NCBI GenBank assembly: GCA_963774695.1
Contig: CAVZFY010000005.1
Coordinates: 64,658-128,657, forward strand
Direction: 5' to 3'
Length of the DNA stretch: 64,000 nucleotides
From: an uncultured Chloroflexia bacterium
Lineage (GTDB): Bacteria; Chloroflexota; Limnocylindria; Limnocylindrales; CSP1-4
Position numbers and translations under genes: made by a program. This document shows, one piece after another, positions 1 through 9,188 of the stretch. The stretch's first letter is position 1. Every line of letters starts with the position of its first letter. Under the pieces are notes generated by a model that saw nothing but the letters and a program-made list of their open reading frames with translations, had not been told where the DNA came from and did not search any database.

Positions 1-401
1 TCTTGCCTCCTCTCTGCCGGAACGCCGTGCATGGGGCAAGGCGACGGTGGGAGTGGTGGCCGTCGGCGACGAGGCATGGGCGGCGGGCGGGCACGGGAGG
101 TCCGCAGGGCGGACGACGTGGGATCGCCTGGGACGATCCGGGGTTCGGGTGGGCGTTCCATCCGAGAGGCGCGACAGGTGCCTGCCGTGACGACGGCTCT
201 TCGGTTTTTCGGCCTGTCTGCTGGTCGGTGACGACGAACCCCCCCGGGCTCCCGCGCAGTATGACAGACGAGGCAACCCGGAGAGAACCCGGGCCAATCG
301 TTCGCCGGCGGGCGCCAGAAGGTCATGCCGGTGGGCTATGGTTGGTGCCTGGCCGCACCTGCCGGGGAGCACGGTGCGCGAGTCGTTGGGGAGGCGGACG
401 A

Positions 402-1442
402 GTGACGGCTGATCCCGGGATCGCCCTGTCGCTGGAGAACCTGGGCAAGCGCTACGGCAAGCAGGTGGCCCTCGACGGGCTCAACCTCCGCGTGCCGACG
501 GGCGTCGTCTACGGGTTCCTCGGCCCCAACGGCGCCGGCAAGACGACGACGATGCGCATCCTGACCGGGCTCATCCGCGCGGACAGCGGGCACGTGGAGG
601 TCCTGGGCCAGCCGTTCGGGCGTCGCGACCGGAAGCGCCTGTTCGACGTCGGGGCGCTGATCGAGTCGCCCTCGTTCTACCCGTTCCTCTCGGCGCGCGA
701 GAACCTGCGCGCGCTCGCCGCGACGGGGGCGCCGGTGCCCAAGGGCCGCATCGACGAGCTGCTGGGCATGGTCGCGCTCGGCGACCGGGCGAAGGACAAG
801 GTCTCGGGGTACTCGCTGGGCATGAAGCAGCGGCTCGGGATCGCGGCCGCGCTGCTGAACGACCCCAAGCTGCTGCTGCTCGACGAGCCGGCGAACGGCC
901 TCGACCCGGCCGGCATCGTCGGCATGCGCGACACGCTGCGGGCCCTCGCCGCGTCGGGCAAGACCGTGTTCGTCTCGAGCCACATCCTGTCCGAGGTCCA
1001 GCAGATGGCCGACGTCGTCGGGATCATCGGCCGGGGCCGGCTGATCCGCGAGGGCACGGTCGAGTCGCTGCTCCGCGAGGAGGGCTCGATCCGGATCCGC
1101 GTCGCCACCGGCGAGGTCGCGACGGCGGCGGGGATCCTGGCGTCGGCGGTCGGCCCGGGCACCGTGACGCCCGAGGACGGCCCCGAGGCCGGCTGGCTGA
1201 CGGTCCGGGTGGATCCCGGGCGCTCGGCCGACCTCAACCGCGCCCTGGCGGGCGCCGGCGTGTTCGCGTCGCGCATCGAGGGCGCGGCCAACCTCGAGAG
1301 CCTGTTCCTCGAGCTCACGGGCACCCAGTCCGACATCACGGCGGCGGCCCGGCCGGCAAGGGCGGCAAGGTCGAGGTCGAGGCGGTCGAACTGGAGCGGC
1401 GGTCCGCCACCGCCGCCGGACAGCACCGGAGCGCCGTCATGA
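402..1442 (+). CDS. ABC transporter ATP-binding protein (ABC-2/DrrA-like exporter ATPase)
   Basis: In-frame part of ORF 3..1442. GTG at 402 is preceded by GGAGGCGG. Walker A GPNGAGKTT, signature SGYSLGMKQR, Walker B LLLLDEP, SSH H-loop. The stop overlaps the next start (ATGA). The last ~35 aa are low-complexity and the permease frame has higher third-position GC there, so the exact C-terminus is uncertain. Confidence 0.85.
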   Translation: MTADPGIALSLENLGKRYGKQVALDGLNLRVPTGVVYGFLGPNGAGKTTTMRILTGLIRADSGHVEVLGQPFGRRDRKRLFDVGALIESPSFYPFLSARENLRALAATGAPVPKGRIDELLGMVALGDRAKDKVSGYSLGMKQRLGIAAALLNDPKLLLLDEPANGLDPAGIVGMRDTLRALAASGKTVFVSSHILSEVQQMADVVGIIGRGRLIREGTVESLLREEGSIRIRVATGEVATAAGILASAVGPGTVTPEDGPEAGWLTVRVDPGRSADLNRALAGAGVFASRIEGAANLESLFLELTGTQSDITAAARPARAARSRSRRSNWSGGPPPPPDSTGAPS

Positions 1443-2245
1443 GGCTGGCTCGCGCGAACGTCCGCAAGCTCGTCCGCCGGCCGGCGAGCTTCGTCACGTT
1501 CCTCCTGCTCCTCGTGCTGATGGGCCTGCTCTACCTCGCGCTGATCGCGAGCACCCAGCAGACGACGAACCCGGCGGCCTCGATCGCGGCCCGGGCCGTC
1601 GTGACGTTCCCGGGCGCCTACGAGCAGACCGTGTCGCTGATCCTCGGCATCGGCGGCCTGCTCGCCGTGACCTACGGCGCGGCGATCGCCGGCTCCGAAT
1701 GGACGTGGGGCACGCTCAAGGCGGCGGTCGCCCGCGGCGAGAGCCGGTCCCGGTACACCGTGCTCGGGTTCGTCGGGGTCGCGGTGATGGTGATCATCGG
1801 GTTCCTGGCGGCCTTCCTGGTCGGCGTCCTGCTCGCGGCCGTCGGGGCGACGCTGCTCAACGTGGGCCTGAGCGGGATGAGCGACGCGGACACGCTGCGG
1901 CGGCTGCCCGAGCTGTTCGGGCGGGCGATGCTGGCGCTGTCGATGGACGCGGCCCTCGGGTTCGCGATCGCGACGATCGCCCGGAGCCAGCTCGCGGGCA
2001 TCGGCGTCGGGATCGGCGTGTTCTTCTTCGAGGGCATCGCCGGGGCCTTCCTGCCCGACGTGTTCAAGTGGTTCCCGTTCTCGGCGGCGTCCGCCGTGGT
2101 GGCGTCGACCTCGGGCGCGGGCGGCGGTGGCGGTGGCGGCGCGAGGCTGGAGCCCGACATCGCGATCGTCGTCGTCGCGGTCTGGCTGATCGCGGCCCTC
2201 GTCGTCGCGTCGCTCTGGACGGAACGGGCCGAGATCGCCGGCTGA
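1439..2245 (+). CDS. ABC-2 family transporter permease
   Basis: ATG 1439 overlaps the upstream stop. 268 aa with several hydrophobic spans (FVTFLLLLVLMGLLYLALIA, VLGFVGVAVMVIIGFLAAFLVGVLLAAV, IVVVAVWLIAALVVASL). Sits directly after an ABC ATPase. Confidence 0.7.
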   Translation: MRLARANVRKLVRRPASFVTFLLLLVLMGLLYLALIASTQQTTNPAASIAARAVVTFPGAYEQTVSLILGIGGLLAVTYGAAIAGSEWTWGTLKAAVARGESRSRYTVLGFVGVAVMVIIGFLAAFLVGVLLAAVGATLLNVGLSGMSDADTLRRLPELFGRAMLALSMDAALGFAIATIARSQLAGIGVGIGVFFFEGIAGAFLPDVFKWFPFSAASAVVASTSGAGGGGGGGARLEPDIAIVVVAVWLIAALVVASLWTERAEIAG

Positions 2246-2247
2246 GC

Positions 2248-2757
2248 TCAGCCGTGGCGCGCGATCGGCGCCAGCACCGCGGCGGTGAGCCGCGCGAGGT
2301 CGTCGGCCGACAGCTCGATCTCGAGGCCGCGACGCCCGGCCGAGACGTGCATCGTGGGTGACGCGGCAGCCGAGCTGTCGATCACCGTCGGCAGGGCTCG
2401 CTTCGTCCCCAGCGGGCTGATCCCGCCCAGGACGTAGCCGGTCGCCCGCTCGGCCTCGGCGGCCTCCGCGATCGCGCACCGCCGGCCGCCCAGCGCATCG
2501 GCGACGGCCTTCAGGTCCACCTCCGCGTCGGCGGGAACGACGGCCAGACCGAGCTTCCCGTCGACCGCGACGACGATCGTCTTGAACACGCGCGCGGGGT
2601 CGAGCCCGAGCGCCGCGACCGCCTCGAGCGCATACCCGCGACCGCCCTCGCGCAACGAGGATCGGGGGTCATGCGCATATTCATGCACCGCATACACGAT
2701 CCCCGCACGGCGCGCCGCATCGATCGCGCGCGTCCCCTGAGCGACCATGCGGGCCAT
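2248..2757 (-). CDS. ybaK: Cys-tRNA(Pro)/Cys-tRNA(Cys) deacylase, YbaK/EbsC family
   Basis: Internal ATG at 2757 of ORF 2248..2937 (MARMVAQG...), 169 aa. YbaK-type editing-domain look (VFKTIVVAVDGKLGLAVVPADAEVDLK, GYVLGGISPLG). The ORF part upstream of 2757 is Arg/Pro-rich junk. Confidence 0.8.
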   Translation of the reverse strand: MARMVAQGTRAIDAARRAGIVYAVHEYAHDPRSSLREGGRGYALEAVAALGLDPARVFKTIVVAVDGKLGLAVVPADAEVDLKAVADALGGRRCAIAEAAEAERATGYVLGGISPLGTKRALPTVIDSSAAASPTMHVSAGRRGLEIELSADDLARLTAAVLAPIARHG

Positions 2758-2887
2758 TGTCGGGTATGCTCCGCCCCGAACGGTGGTCGCCGCCGCCCCC
2801 GAATGACCGGGTGGGCGCCGCACCGGACGAGACGGATATTCGCGGTCACCGCCCATTGCGACCGCCCTTCGGAGATCACGAACAACC

Positions 2888-4159
2888 TTGCGCTTTGACG
2901 AGTTGGGCCTGTCCGCCCAGATGCTGCGGACCGTCACGGAGGAGGGCTACACGGAGCCGACACCGGTCCAGGAGCGGGCGATCCCGCTGGTGCTCGAGGG
3001 CAAGGACGTCCTCGCCGCCGCACAGACCGGTACCGGCAAGACCGCGGCCTTCACCCTCCCCATCCTCGACCGGCTCGGCCCCGAGGCGAACACCTCGTTC
3101 TCGCCGGCCCGCCACCCGGTCCGCTGCCTGGTCCTGACGCCGACGCGCGAGCTCGCCGTCCAGGTCGCCGAGAGCGTGAAGACCTACAGCCGGCACGTCC
3201 CGCTGCGATCGGCGGTCGTGTACGGCGGCGTCCCCCTGGACCCCCAGATCAAGGAGCTGCGCTCGGGGATCGAGATCCTCGTCGCGACGCCGGGGCGCCT
3301 GCTCGACCTCGTCGGCCAGCGCGCCGCCAACCTCGGCCAGGTCCAGATCCTCGTCCTCGACGAGGCGGACCGGATGCTCGACATGGGCTTCATGCCCGAC
3401 ATCCAGCGGATCCTCGACCTCCTGCCGTCGCGCCAGCAGACGCTGCTGTTCTCGGCCACGTTCTCGGACGAGATCAAGCGCCTCGCGGGCTCGATCCTGC
3501 GCAACCCGGTCACGATCGAGGTCGCGCGCCACGGGACGGCCGCCGAGAGCGTCCGCCAGCTCGTCTACCCGGTCGACCGCGACCGCAAGGAGGAGCTGCT
3601 CGCCCACCTGATCGTCGAGGGCGACTGGCACCAGGTGCTCGTGTTCACCCGGACCAAGATCGCGGCCTCGCGGCTCGCGTCATGGCTCGACCGCCACGGC
3701 GTCGCCGCCACGGCCATCCACTCCGACCGCGCGCAGTCGGACCGGACGAAGGCGCTCGAGGCGTTCAAGGCCGGCGAGATCCGCGTCCTCGTCGCCACCG
3801 ACGTCGCCGCCCGCGGCCTCGACATCGAGGACCTGCCGCACGTCGTCAACTTCGAGCTCCCGTGGAACCCCGAGGACTACGTCCACCGCATCGGGCGGAC
3901 GGGGCGAGCCGGGGCCACCGGCGACGCCGTCAGCCTCGTGTGCATCGACGAGGCGGACCTCCTCCGCGGCGTCCAGCGCCTGCTGCGCGTCGCGATCCCG
4001 TGGAAGACCGAGCCCGGCTTCGTCCCCCGCCGGGATGCCGAGGCGCAGCCGCTGCGCTCGCCGCGTGGCGCGAGCGGGTCGTACGCGGGAGCCAGCGGGG
4101 GCGGGCGCCGTGGCGGGTCCGATCGGTCGAGCAGCCGCCGGCGGTCGAGCGTCGCCTGA
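2888..4159 (+). CDS. rhlE: DEAD-box ATP-dependent RNA helicase
   Basis: ORF 2888..4159 (TTG start). Q-motif TPVQ, Walker A AQTGTGKT, PTRELA, DEAD, SAT, HRIGRTGR. Arg/Gly/Ser-rich C-terminal tail typical of RhlE-like helicases. Confidence 0.9.
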   Translation: MRFDELGLSAQMLRTVTEEGYTEPTPVQERAIPLVLEGKDVLAAAQTGTGKTAAFTLPILDRLGPEANTSFSPARHPVRCLVLTPTRELAVQVAESVKTYSRHVPLRSAVVYGGVPLDPQIKELRSGIEILVATPGRLLDLVGQRAANLGQVQILVLDEADRMLDMGFMPDIQRILDLLPSRQQTLLFSATFSDEIKRLAGSILRNPVTIEVARHGTAAESVRQLVYPVDRDRKEELLAHLIVEGDWHQVLVFTRTKIAASRLASWLDRHGVAATAIHSDRAQSDRTKALEAFKAGEIRVLVATDVAARGLDIEDLPHVVNFELPWNPEDYVHRIGRTGRAGATGDAVSLVCIDEADLLRGVQRLLRVAIPWKTEPGFVPRRDAEAQPLRSPRGASGSYAGASGGGRRGGSDRSSSRRRSSVA

Positions 4160-4204
4160 CCCGCGGTGCGCCGGTGATGGCGCGCCGTCCGACGCCTCGG
4201 GGCC

Positions 4205-5678
4205 TCAGTCCCCCAGCGAGATCTTCAGGAGCGCGGCCGCGACGACGGCCGGGTCGACGTCGCCCTGGTTCGTGAGCACCGCGATCGTCACGCCCTCGGA
4301 CGGCAGGTAGCGCACGACGTTGCGGTACCCGATGTAGCGCCCGGAATGCCCGAGCGCCGGGTGCCCGTCGATCGACACGAGCTGGATGCCCAGCCCGTAC
4401 GTGATGCGCGCGTGCAGCGCGCGGGTGTACGCGAGGTCGCGGAGCATCGCCGCCTGCATCGCCGGTGAGAGCACCTTCCCGCCGGCGAACGCCTGCATCC
4501 AGCGCGCCGTGTCCTCGGCCGTCGCGGCGATCGACCCGGCACCGCCGGCCGCGGTGACGACCGAGCGGAACGGCATGACGTCGCTGGGCCGGGCGACCGG
4601 CTTCGCGATCGGGACCGGTGGGGCCCGGCCGGAGCTCGTAGCCGACGCTCAGCGGCGCCTTGGGCTTCTCGACCGCCTGGTACCAGGCGTTCTCGAGCTT
4701 GAGCGGATCGAGCAGCCGGGCGCGGATCTCGTCGGCGAGCGGGTGTCCCGTCACCTGCTCCACGAGCTGGCCCAGGAGCATGTAGTTGGTGTTCGAGTAG
4801 GCCCAGGTCTTGCCCGGCCGGATGGGCCCGGGCGGCACGAAGCGCCAGGCGCGCTTCGCGGTCCAGGTCGCGCCCGGGTTGGACTGCAGCGGATGGTCGA
4901 TCTTCGGGTTCGAGAAGAAGTCGTTCAGGTCGCTCGTGTGGTCGAGCAGCTCCCTGACGGTGACCCGCTTGTCGATGTTGAAGCTCGGCAGCAGCGCCGC
5001 AACGTGCTCGTCGACCTTGAGCTTGCCCTCGCCGATCAGCTGCAGGACGACGGCGGCCGTGAACGTCTTGGAGATCGACGCGAGGGCGAAGCCGGTGTCC
5101 GGCGTCACGGCCGTGCCGGCGGCGACGTTCGCGAGCCCGGAGGCACCGAGCCACGAGCGCCCGTCGTTGGTGAGGATCGCGACGGACACGCCGGGGACGC
5201 CGTGGGAGATCCGCCACTTGTCGAGCCGGCGCTGCAGGGCGGCGGCGTGGATCGTCGCGGCGTGGCCGCTGGCGCCGGAGAGCGGGCCCGGCGGGAGCGT
5301 GACCGCGGGCGTGGGGGTCGGCTTCGGCGTCGGGGTCGGCTTCGGGGTCCTGGCCGGCTTCTTCGTCGCGTCCGGGGTCGCGGTCGGCGGATCCGTCGCC
5401 TGCGAGGCGGTGGCGGCGTCGGTGGGGGTTGCGGACGACGGCGCGATGGCGAGCGACGACGCCGCGGGGCTGGAGGTCGCGGCGGCCGCGACGCTGGCCG
5501 GCGCCTGCGGCGAGCCGCCGAACAGCCAGATGCCGCCGACGAGCACCGCGATGACGGCGACCGTGGCGACGCCGATCCGCAGCGGCCACGACCGGGCGTC
5601 GCCGGGGGGCCCGGCCATCGCGCGGCCGCCCGCGTCGGTTGCGGGCATGGGGCGGCGCGGTGACGGCTCGTTCGGCAT
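4205..5678 (-). pseudogene. Serine hydrolase, beta-lactamase/PBP4-like family (one apparent frameshift)
   Basis: ATG 5678 (or 5648), TM/signal segment, Pro/Thr-rich linker, SxxK (ASISKTF) and YxN (YSNTNY) motifs in the frame of ORF 3930..6146. After ...SVGYELRPGP the family-like sequence continues in the frame of ORF 4205..4576 (PVPIAKPVARPSDVMPFRSVVTAAGG...). Frame change at about 4611-4632. Confidence 0.8.
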
Positions 5679-5771
5679 GATTGGTGAGACGATACGCTGA
5701 CACGCCGGAGACGCGCCTTCGAGGGCCCGCCGAGCGTCCGGTCCCGCCTCCCCAAGAGGGCACTGCCCACC

Positions 5772-7010
5772 ATGCCCAGCTCTCCCACCGCCGCCGACCT
5801 GTTGCGCGACGTCGGCCTCATCGCCGACGGCCCCGCGATCTGGGGCAAGCCCGTCCGCCTGTCGGCACCCGGCGTCTTCATCGTGGAGATGGCGGCGCCC
5901 GCGGCATCGGCGCCGCTCGACCTCGCGCTCATCGGCAAGTGGCTGGAGCGCGTCCCGGAGCTGACGCTCGACGGCGTCCGGCCGAACTCGCGCGACCTCC
6001 AGGTGCGCATCGGGTCGTTCTGGCTGCCGACGCAGCCGGTCCTCTACATCGGGAGCACGCCGGGGTCGGTGGCGGGGCGCATCGCCGCCATCACGAAGAC
6101 CGTCGCGGGCGATCGGAAGCCGGCCGCATCGGGTCTGTGGCTCCACTTCCTGCGCAACCCGGGCGACCTGCGCGTGTGGTGGGCCGCGACCGACGCCCTC
6201 GAGGAGTACGAGGACGCGCTGCTCGAGGCGTTCGCCGCCGGGATCACGGACGCGGACCGGCCGGTCGGGGCCAAGGGCGTCATGACGGCGCCCGCCAGCC
6301 GGCTGCCGTGGGCCGTGCTGCGGTCACCGTCGGGCGTGCGCAAGGAAACCGGCATCGCGAACCCGACGCTCCCCGAGGTCAAGGCCCCGGAGCCGAAGCC
6401 CGTCAAGCGGATCGTGACCTTTCCGACCGGGGATGCCGACGGGGCCCGCGACGAGGCGAAGCGGCCGCGACGTCCGGCACCGGGCCGCGGCGTCGGGCGC
6501 GTGGCGTCGGCCGCCGGGTACGCGGCCCAGGGCTCACCGCGCAAGCCACCGCCCGAGCCCGTGCTGGTGTCGGCCGAGGGTCTCGAGCGGCTCCAGGCGG
6601 AGCTCGACGGGCTGCTCGCCGAGCGGCCCGGCGTCATCAAGCGCATCGCGACGGCGCGCGAGCACGGCGACCTCAAGGAGAACGCCGAGTACCACGCCGC
6701 TCGCGAGGAGCAGGGGTTCCTCGAGGGCCGGATCAAGGCGCTCGAAGCCAAGCTGAAGGTCGCGCAGGTCGTCGCGCCGACCGAGCGTGGCGCCCGCGTG
6801 GAGATCGGCTCGCACGTCAAGCTCGACGAGGACGGCGAGGAGACCGTGGAGTGGCAGGTCGTGGGCTCGGCGGAGGCGAACAGCCAACAGGGCCGGATCT
6901 CCTCCGTCTCGCCGGTCGGCGCCGCGCTGATGGGTCGCCGGGTCGGCGACGCCGTCACGATCGTCACGCCGGGCGGCGAGATCCACTACAGGATCCTGGC
7001 GATCGACTAG
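5772..7010 (+). CDS. greA: GreA-family transcript cleavage factor with ~260-aa N-terminal extension (GIY-YIG-like region plus basic linker)
   Basis: Single uninterrupted 412-aa ORF. The C-terminal ~150 aa is a complete GreA (EGLERLQAELDGL, acidic finger GDLKENAEYHAAREEQ, FKBP-like end ISSVSPVGAALMGRRVGD). The N-terminal part has balanced composition with GVFIVEM...VLYIGST..SVAGRI...EEYEDALLEAF. Confidence 0.7.
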   Translation: MPSSPTAADLLRDVGLIADGPAIWGKPVRLSAPGVFIVEMAAPAASAPLDLALIGKWLERVPELTLDGVRPNSRDLQVRIGSFWLPTQPVLYIGSTPGSVAGRIAAITKTVAGDRKPAASGLWLHFLRNPGDLRVWWAATDALEEYEDALLEAFAAGITDADRPVGAKGVMTAPASRLPWAVLRSPSGVRKETGIANPTLPEVKAPEPKPVKRIVTFPTGDADGARDEAKRPRRPAPGRGVGRVASAAGYAAQGSPRKPPPEPVLVSAEGLERLQAELDGLLAERPGVIKRIATAREHGDLKENAEYHAAREEQGFLEGRIKALEAKLKVAQVVAPTERGARVEIGSHVKLDEDGEETVEWQVVGSAEANSQQGRISSVSPVGAALMGRRVGDAVTIVTPGGEIHYRILAID

Positions 7011-7012
7011 GG

Positions 7013-7028
7013 GCGGACGCGCGTCCGC
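7013..7028. terminator. GC-rich palindrome (GCGGACGC/GCGTCCGC) between convergent genes
   Basis: Perfect 16-nt palindrome 3 nt after the greA-like stop. No U-tract, so only a hairpin-type terminator candidate. Confidence 0.3.
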
Positions 7029-7058
7029 GGGGCGGGCTCAGCGGGTTCCCCGGCCGCT

Positions 7059-7077
7059 CGATGCCTGTCAGGCATCG
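7059..7077. terminator. Hairpin CGATGCCTG-t-CAGGCATCG overlapping the stop of the minus-strand membrane gene
   Basis: 9-bp inverted repeat seen directly, in the 57-nt gap between convergent genes. Could act bidirectionally. No U-tract. Confidence 0.3.
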
Positions 7078-7769
7078 CCGCTGTCGGGCTGCCCTGCGGG
7101 CGACGCGGACGGCGATCCGCGGCCGGGCAGGAACGCCGCGATCAGCAGGATCACGCCGAACGCGACCGACACGAACGGCGCCGCCTGGCGGACGTTCGTG
7201 AACTCGACGCCGGACAGGCCCAGGACGCCCTCGAAGAAGAACGCGAAGACGAGGAACAGCCCGATGCCCACGAGCGTCGTCCGCAGCCCGTTGCGGGCCA
7301 GCTCGCCGTCGCGGTGCGCGAGGCCGTAGAGCAGCATCCCGAGGCCGACGCCGGTCGGCGCCACGAGCGCCCACGCGTAGGCCCACGTCGCGTAGTGCCC
7401 GGACGTCGCCTGGAACCACAGCACGACGCCGATCATCGCGAGGATCGCGCCCGGGATCGCGAGGCCCAGGCCCCCGCGCGGCGGGATCGCGAACGAGCCG
7501 ACGACCATCGCCACGCCGGGCACGATCAGCCACAGCGGCCAGGCCGTGGGCCCGAGCGTGAGGTCGGTCGCGCGCCCGAGCAGCACGATCGCGCCGCCGA
7601 CGACGAGGATGATCCCGAGGACCAGCCCGGCCGACGAGGGACCGTAGCGGCCGTCCTCGTGTTCGGGCGCGGCGCTCCTCGCGCCGGCGTTCGCGACGGT
7701 CGTGCCGGCTCTCTTCCTGCGGCGGTGGCGGCGCGGTGAGCGGTTGCGGCGGTGGTTCCGGGGCCGCAC
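7068..7769 (-). CDS. Integral membrane protein (about 6 TM), unknown function
   Basis: ORF 7068..7769 (GTG). TM spans GLVLGIILVVGGAIVLLG, LWLIVPGVAMVVGSFAI, AIPGAILAMIGVVLWF, WALVAPTGVGLGMLLYGL, LVGIGLFLVFAFFFEGVLGL, FVSVAFGVILLIAAFL. An ATG at 7818 with GGAGG 8 nt upstream opens a Pro-rich reading in another frame, but third-position GC favours the 7769 frame. N-terminus unresolved. Confidence 0.6.
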   Translation of the reverse strand: MRPRNHRRNRSPRRHRRRKRAGTTVANAGARSAAPEHEDGRYGPSSAGLVLGIILVVGGAIVLLGRATDLTLGPTAWPLWLIVPGVAMVVGSFAIPPRGGLGLAIPGAILAMIGVVLWFQATSGHYATWAYAWALVAPTGVGLGMLLYGLAHRDGELARNGLRTTLVGIGLFLVFAFFFEGVLGLSGVEFTNVRQAAPFVSVAFGVILLIAAFLPGRGSPSASPAGQPDSGDA

Positions 7770-7845
7770 CCGAGGGCGCCGTGGGAGGCGGAGGCTGCGT
7801 CGGGTCCGGTGTGGTCATGCGGCAAACCTCCGAGGGTCGCGCATC

Positions 7846-8577
7846 CTAGCTGCCCGGCGACTCCACGAGCTTGTGCTCGACCGCCCAGAGCGCCGCCTGG
7901 GTCCGGGACGCGAGCCCCAGCTTGCCCAGGATGTTGCTCACGTATGTTCGCGCGGTTCGCTCGGTGATGAACAGCGTCGCGCCGATGTCCTTGTTGGACA
8001 TCCCCTGCCCGAGCAGGCGCATCACGTCCTTCTCGCGGTCGGTGAGCGGCTCGACGGGCTCGGGCTCCTTCTTCGCGCGCATCCGCTGGGCCAGCAGGCG
8101 GGCGACCTGGGGATCGAGGTGGACCTCGCCGGCGTACGCCGCGCGGATCGCCTGCGCGACCTCCTCGGCCTCGGCGTCCTTGAGCACGTAGCCCGATGCG
8201 CCGGCCTCGAGGGCCGCGGTGACCTTCTCCTCCTCGATGAAGCTCGTCATCGTGACGATCTCCGTCTCGGGGAGCTCGGCCTTGATCCGGCCGATCGCGG
8301 TCACGCCGTCCATGTTCGGCATGAGCAGGTCCATCAGGATCACGTCCGGCGTGAGCCGGCGGGCCATCGCGACACCCTCGCTGCCATCGGCGGCCTCGCC
8401 CACGACGTCGATGTCGGGCAGGAGGTCGAAGAAGGCGCGCAGCCCCATCCGGACGACGGCGTGGTCGTCCACCAGGAGCACGCGGATGACGGGCGCTTCG
8501 TCCACGGGCTGCTCTCCGGGGATTAGGGGGATTGCGGTGATTGGCGCTGACGGTGCGGAAATCGACTGCATCGGCAT
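7846..8577 (-). CDS. NarL/LuxR-family response regulator
   Basis: Receiver (VLLVDDH, ILMDLLMPNMDG, IVTMTS, GYVLKD) plus LuxR HTH (LTDREKDVMRLLGQGMSNKDIGATLFITERTARTYVSNILGKLG). The true start may lie downstream of 8577. Confidence 0.85.
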   Translation of the reverse strand: MPMQSISAPSAPITAIPLIPGEQPVDEAPVIRVLLVDDHAVVRMGLRAFFDLLPDIDVVGEAADGSEGVAMARRLTPDVILMDLLMPNMDGVTAIGRIKAELPETEIVTMTSFIEEEKVTAALEAGASGYVLKDAEAEEVAQAIRAAYAGEVHLDPQVARLLAQRMRAKKEPEPVEPLTDREKDVMRLLGQGMSNKDIGATLFITERTARTYVSNILGKLGLASRTQAALWAVEHKLVESPGS

Positions 8578-8581
8578 CCTA

Positions 8582-9067
8582 CTACAGGATCAGACCCGGT
8601 CCGCGGACCGGGTCGGGGGTGGTGGGCGACGACTCGGCGGTCGGGTCGGCTGACCCGTCGTCGAAGCATCGGGAGACCGCGGAGGCGAGGTCGGCCGGCT
8701 TGAAGGTCTTGCGCATGAAGCCGTGGGCACCGGCCGTGAGCGAGGCGTTCTCGAGGTCGGGCGACCAACCAATCGCCAGGATGTGGACGCTGGGGTCGAT
8801 GACGCGGATGCGCCGGATCAGGGCGACGCCACCGGAGACGTCGGGCAGGCGTGGGTCGATGATCACGACGTCGGGATGCTTGTCGCGGACGAGGGCGATG
8901 GCGTCGGAAACCTGGCCGGTGCTGCCGATGACCGTGAAGCGATGACGGATGCCGAGGATCCCGACCATGCTCTCGCGCGTGCGGTCGTCGGCGTCGACGA
9001 CGAGCACGCGGGTGCCGACGGCGGCCGGTGACGCGGCGGCTTCGGCGGGGAGGACTTGGTCTGACAT
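8582..9067 (-). CDS. Single-domain (CheY-like) response regulator
   Basis: 161-aa ORF. Receiver features VLVVDADD, VVIIDPRLPDVSG, ILAIGWS, FMRKTFK. No output domain. Immediately upstream of the NarL-type regulator on the same strand. Confidence 0.75.
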   Translation of the reverse strand: MSDQVLPAEAAASPAAVGTRVLVVDADDRTRESMVGILGIRHRFTVIGSTGQVSDAIALVRDKHPDVVIIDPRLPDVSGGVALIRRIRVIDPSVHILAIGWSPDLENASLTAGAHGFMRKTFKPADLASAVSRCFDDGSADPTAESSPTTPDPVRGPGLIL

Positions 9068-9188
9068 GCCTCCGATCGTGCCCGACGCTCCCCGCGAGGG
9101 TCAGGGACGGGCGCCGAACGAGGCCCTACGGCAATCGACGCAGTCGCACGCGACAAAGTGTCGCGGTCGGCCGCCAGCCCTGCGAGCG

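Noticed and set aside
180-215. T5 run (205-209), unusual for this genome, after a short GCCG...CGGC stem. Possible terminator of a gene upstream of the window.
   Set aside because: The stem is only 4 bp and is separated from the T-run. There is no upstream gene in view to terminate.
1340-1442. Possible extra frameshift at the end of the first ABC ATPase. The permease frame reads GGGPAGKGGKVEVEAVELERR... with higher GC3 than the annotated tail.
   Set aside because: That frame has no start codon and no stop before the permease ATG, so the alternative would create an ATPase-permease fusion. The evidence is too thin, so it is noted only as C-terminal uncertainty.
677-2479. Long antisense or alternate-frame ORFs throughout the track (for example 677..2479, 11282..16270, 11437..15105, 15253..17439, 20164..21738, 20573..23368, 31056..33569, 36342..37916, 39026..41575, 48334..49977, 53910..56072).
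   Set aside because: Their translations are Arg/Pro/Gly/Ala-dominated without motifs. They overlap ORFs with clear family signatures and higher third-position GC. This is the expected stop-poor alternate-frame artefact of a very GC-rich genome.
7770-7818. ATG 7818 with a perfect GGAGG as the start of the membrane protein, which would imply another frameshift near 7700-7725.
   Set aside because: Third-position GC and codon choice (several CCA, GAA and CAA in the 7818 frame) favour the 7769 GTG frame all the way. Left as an alternative, not counted as a frameshift.
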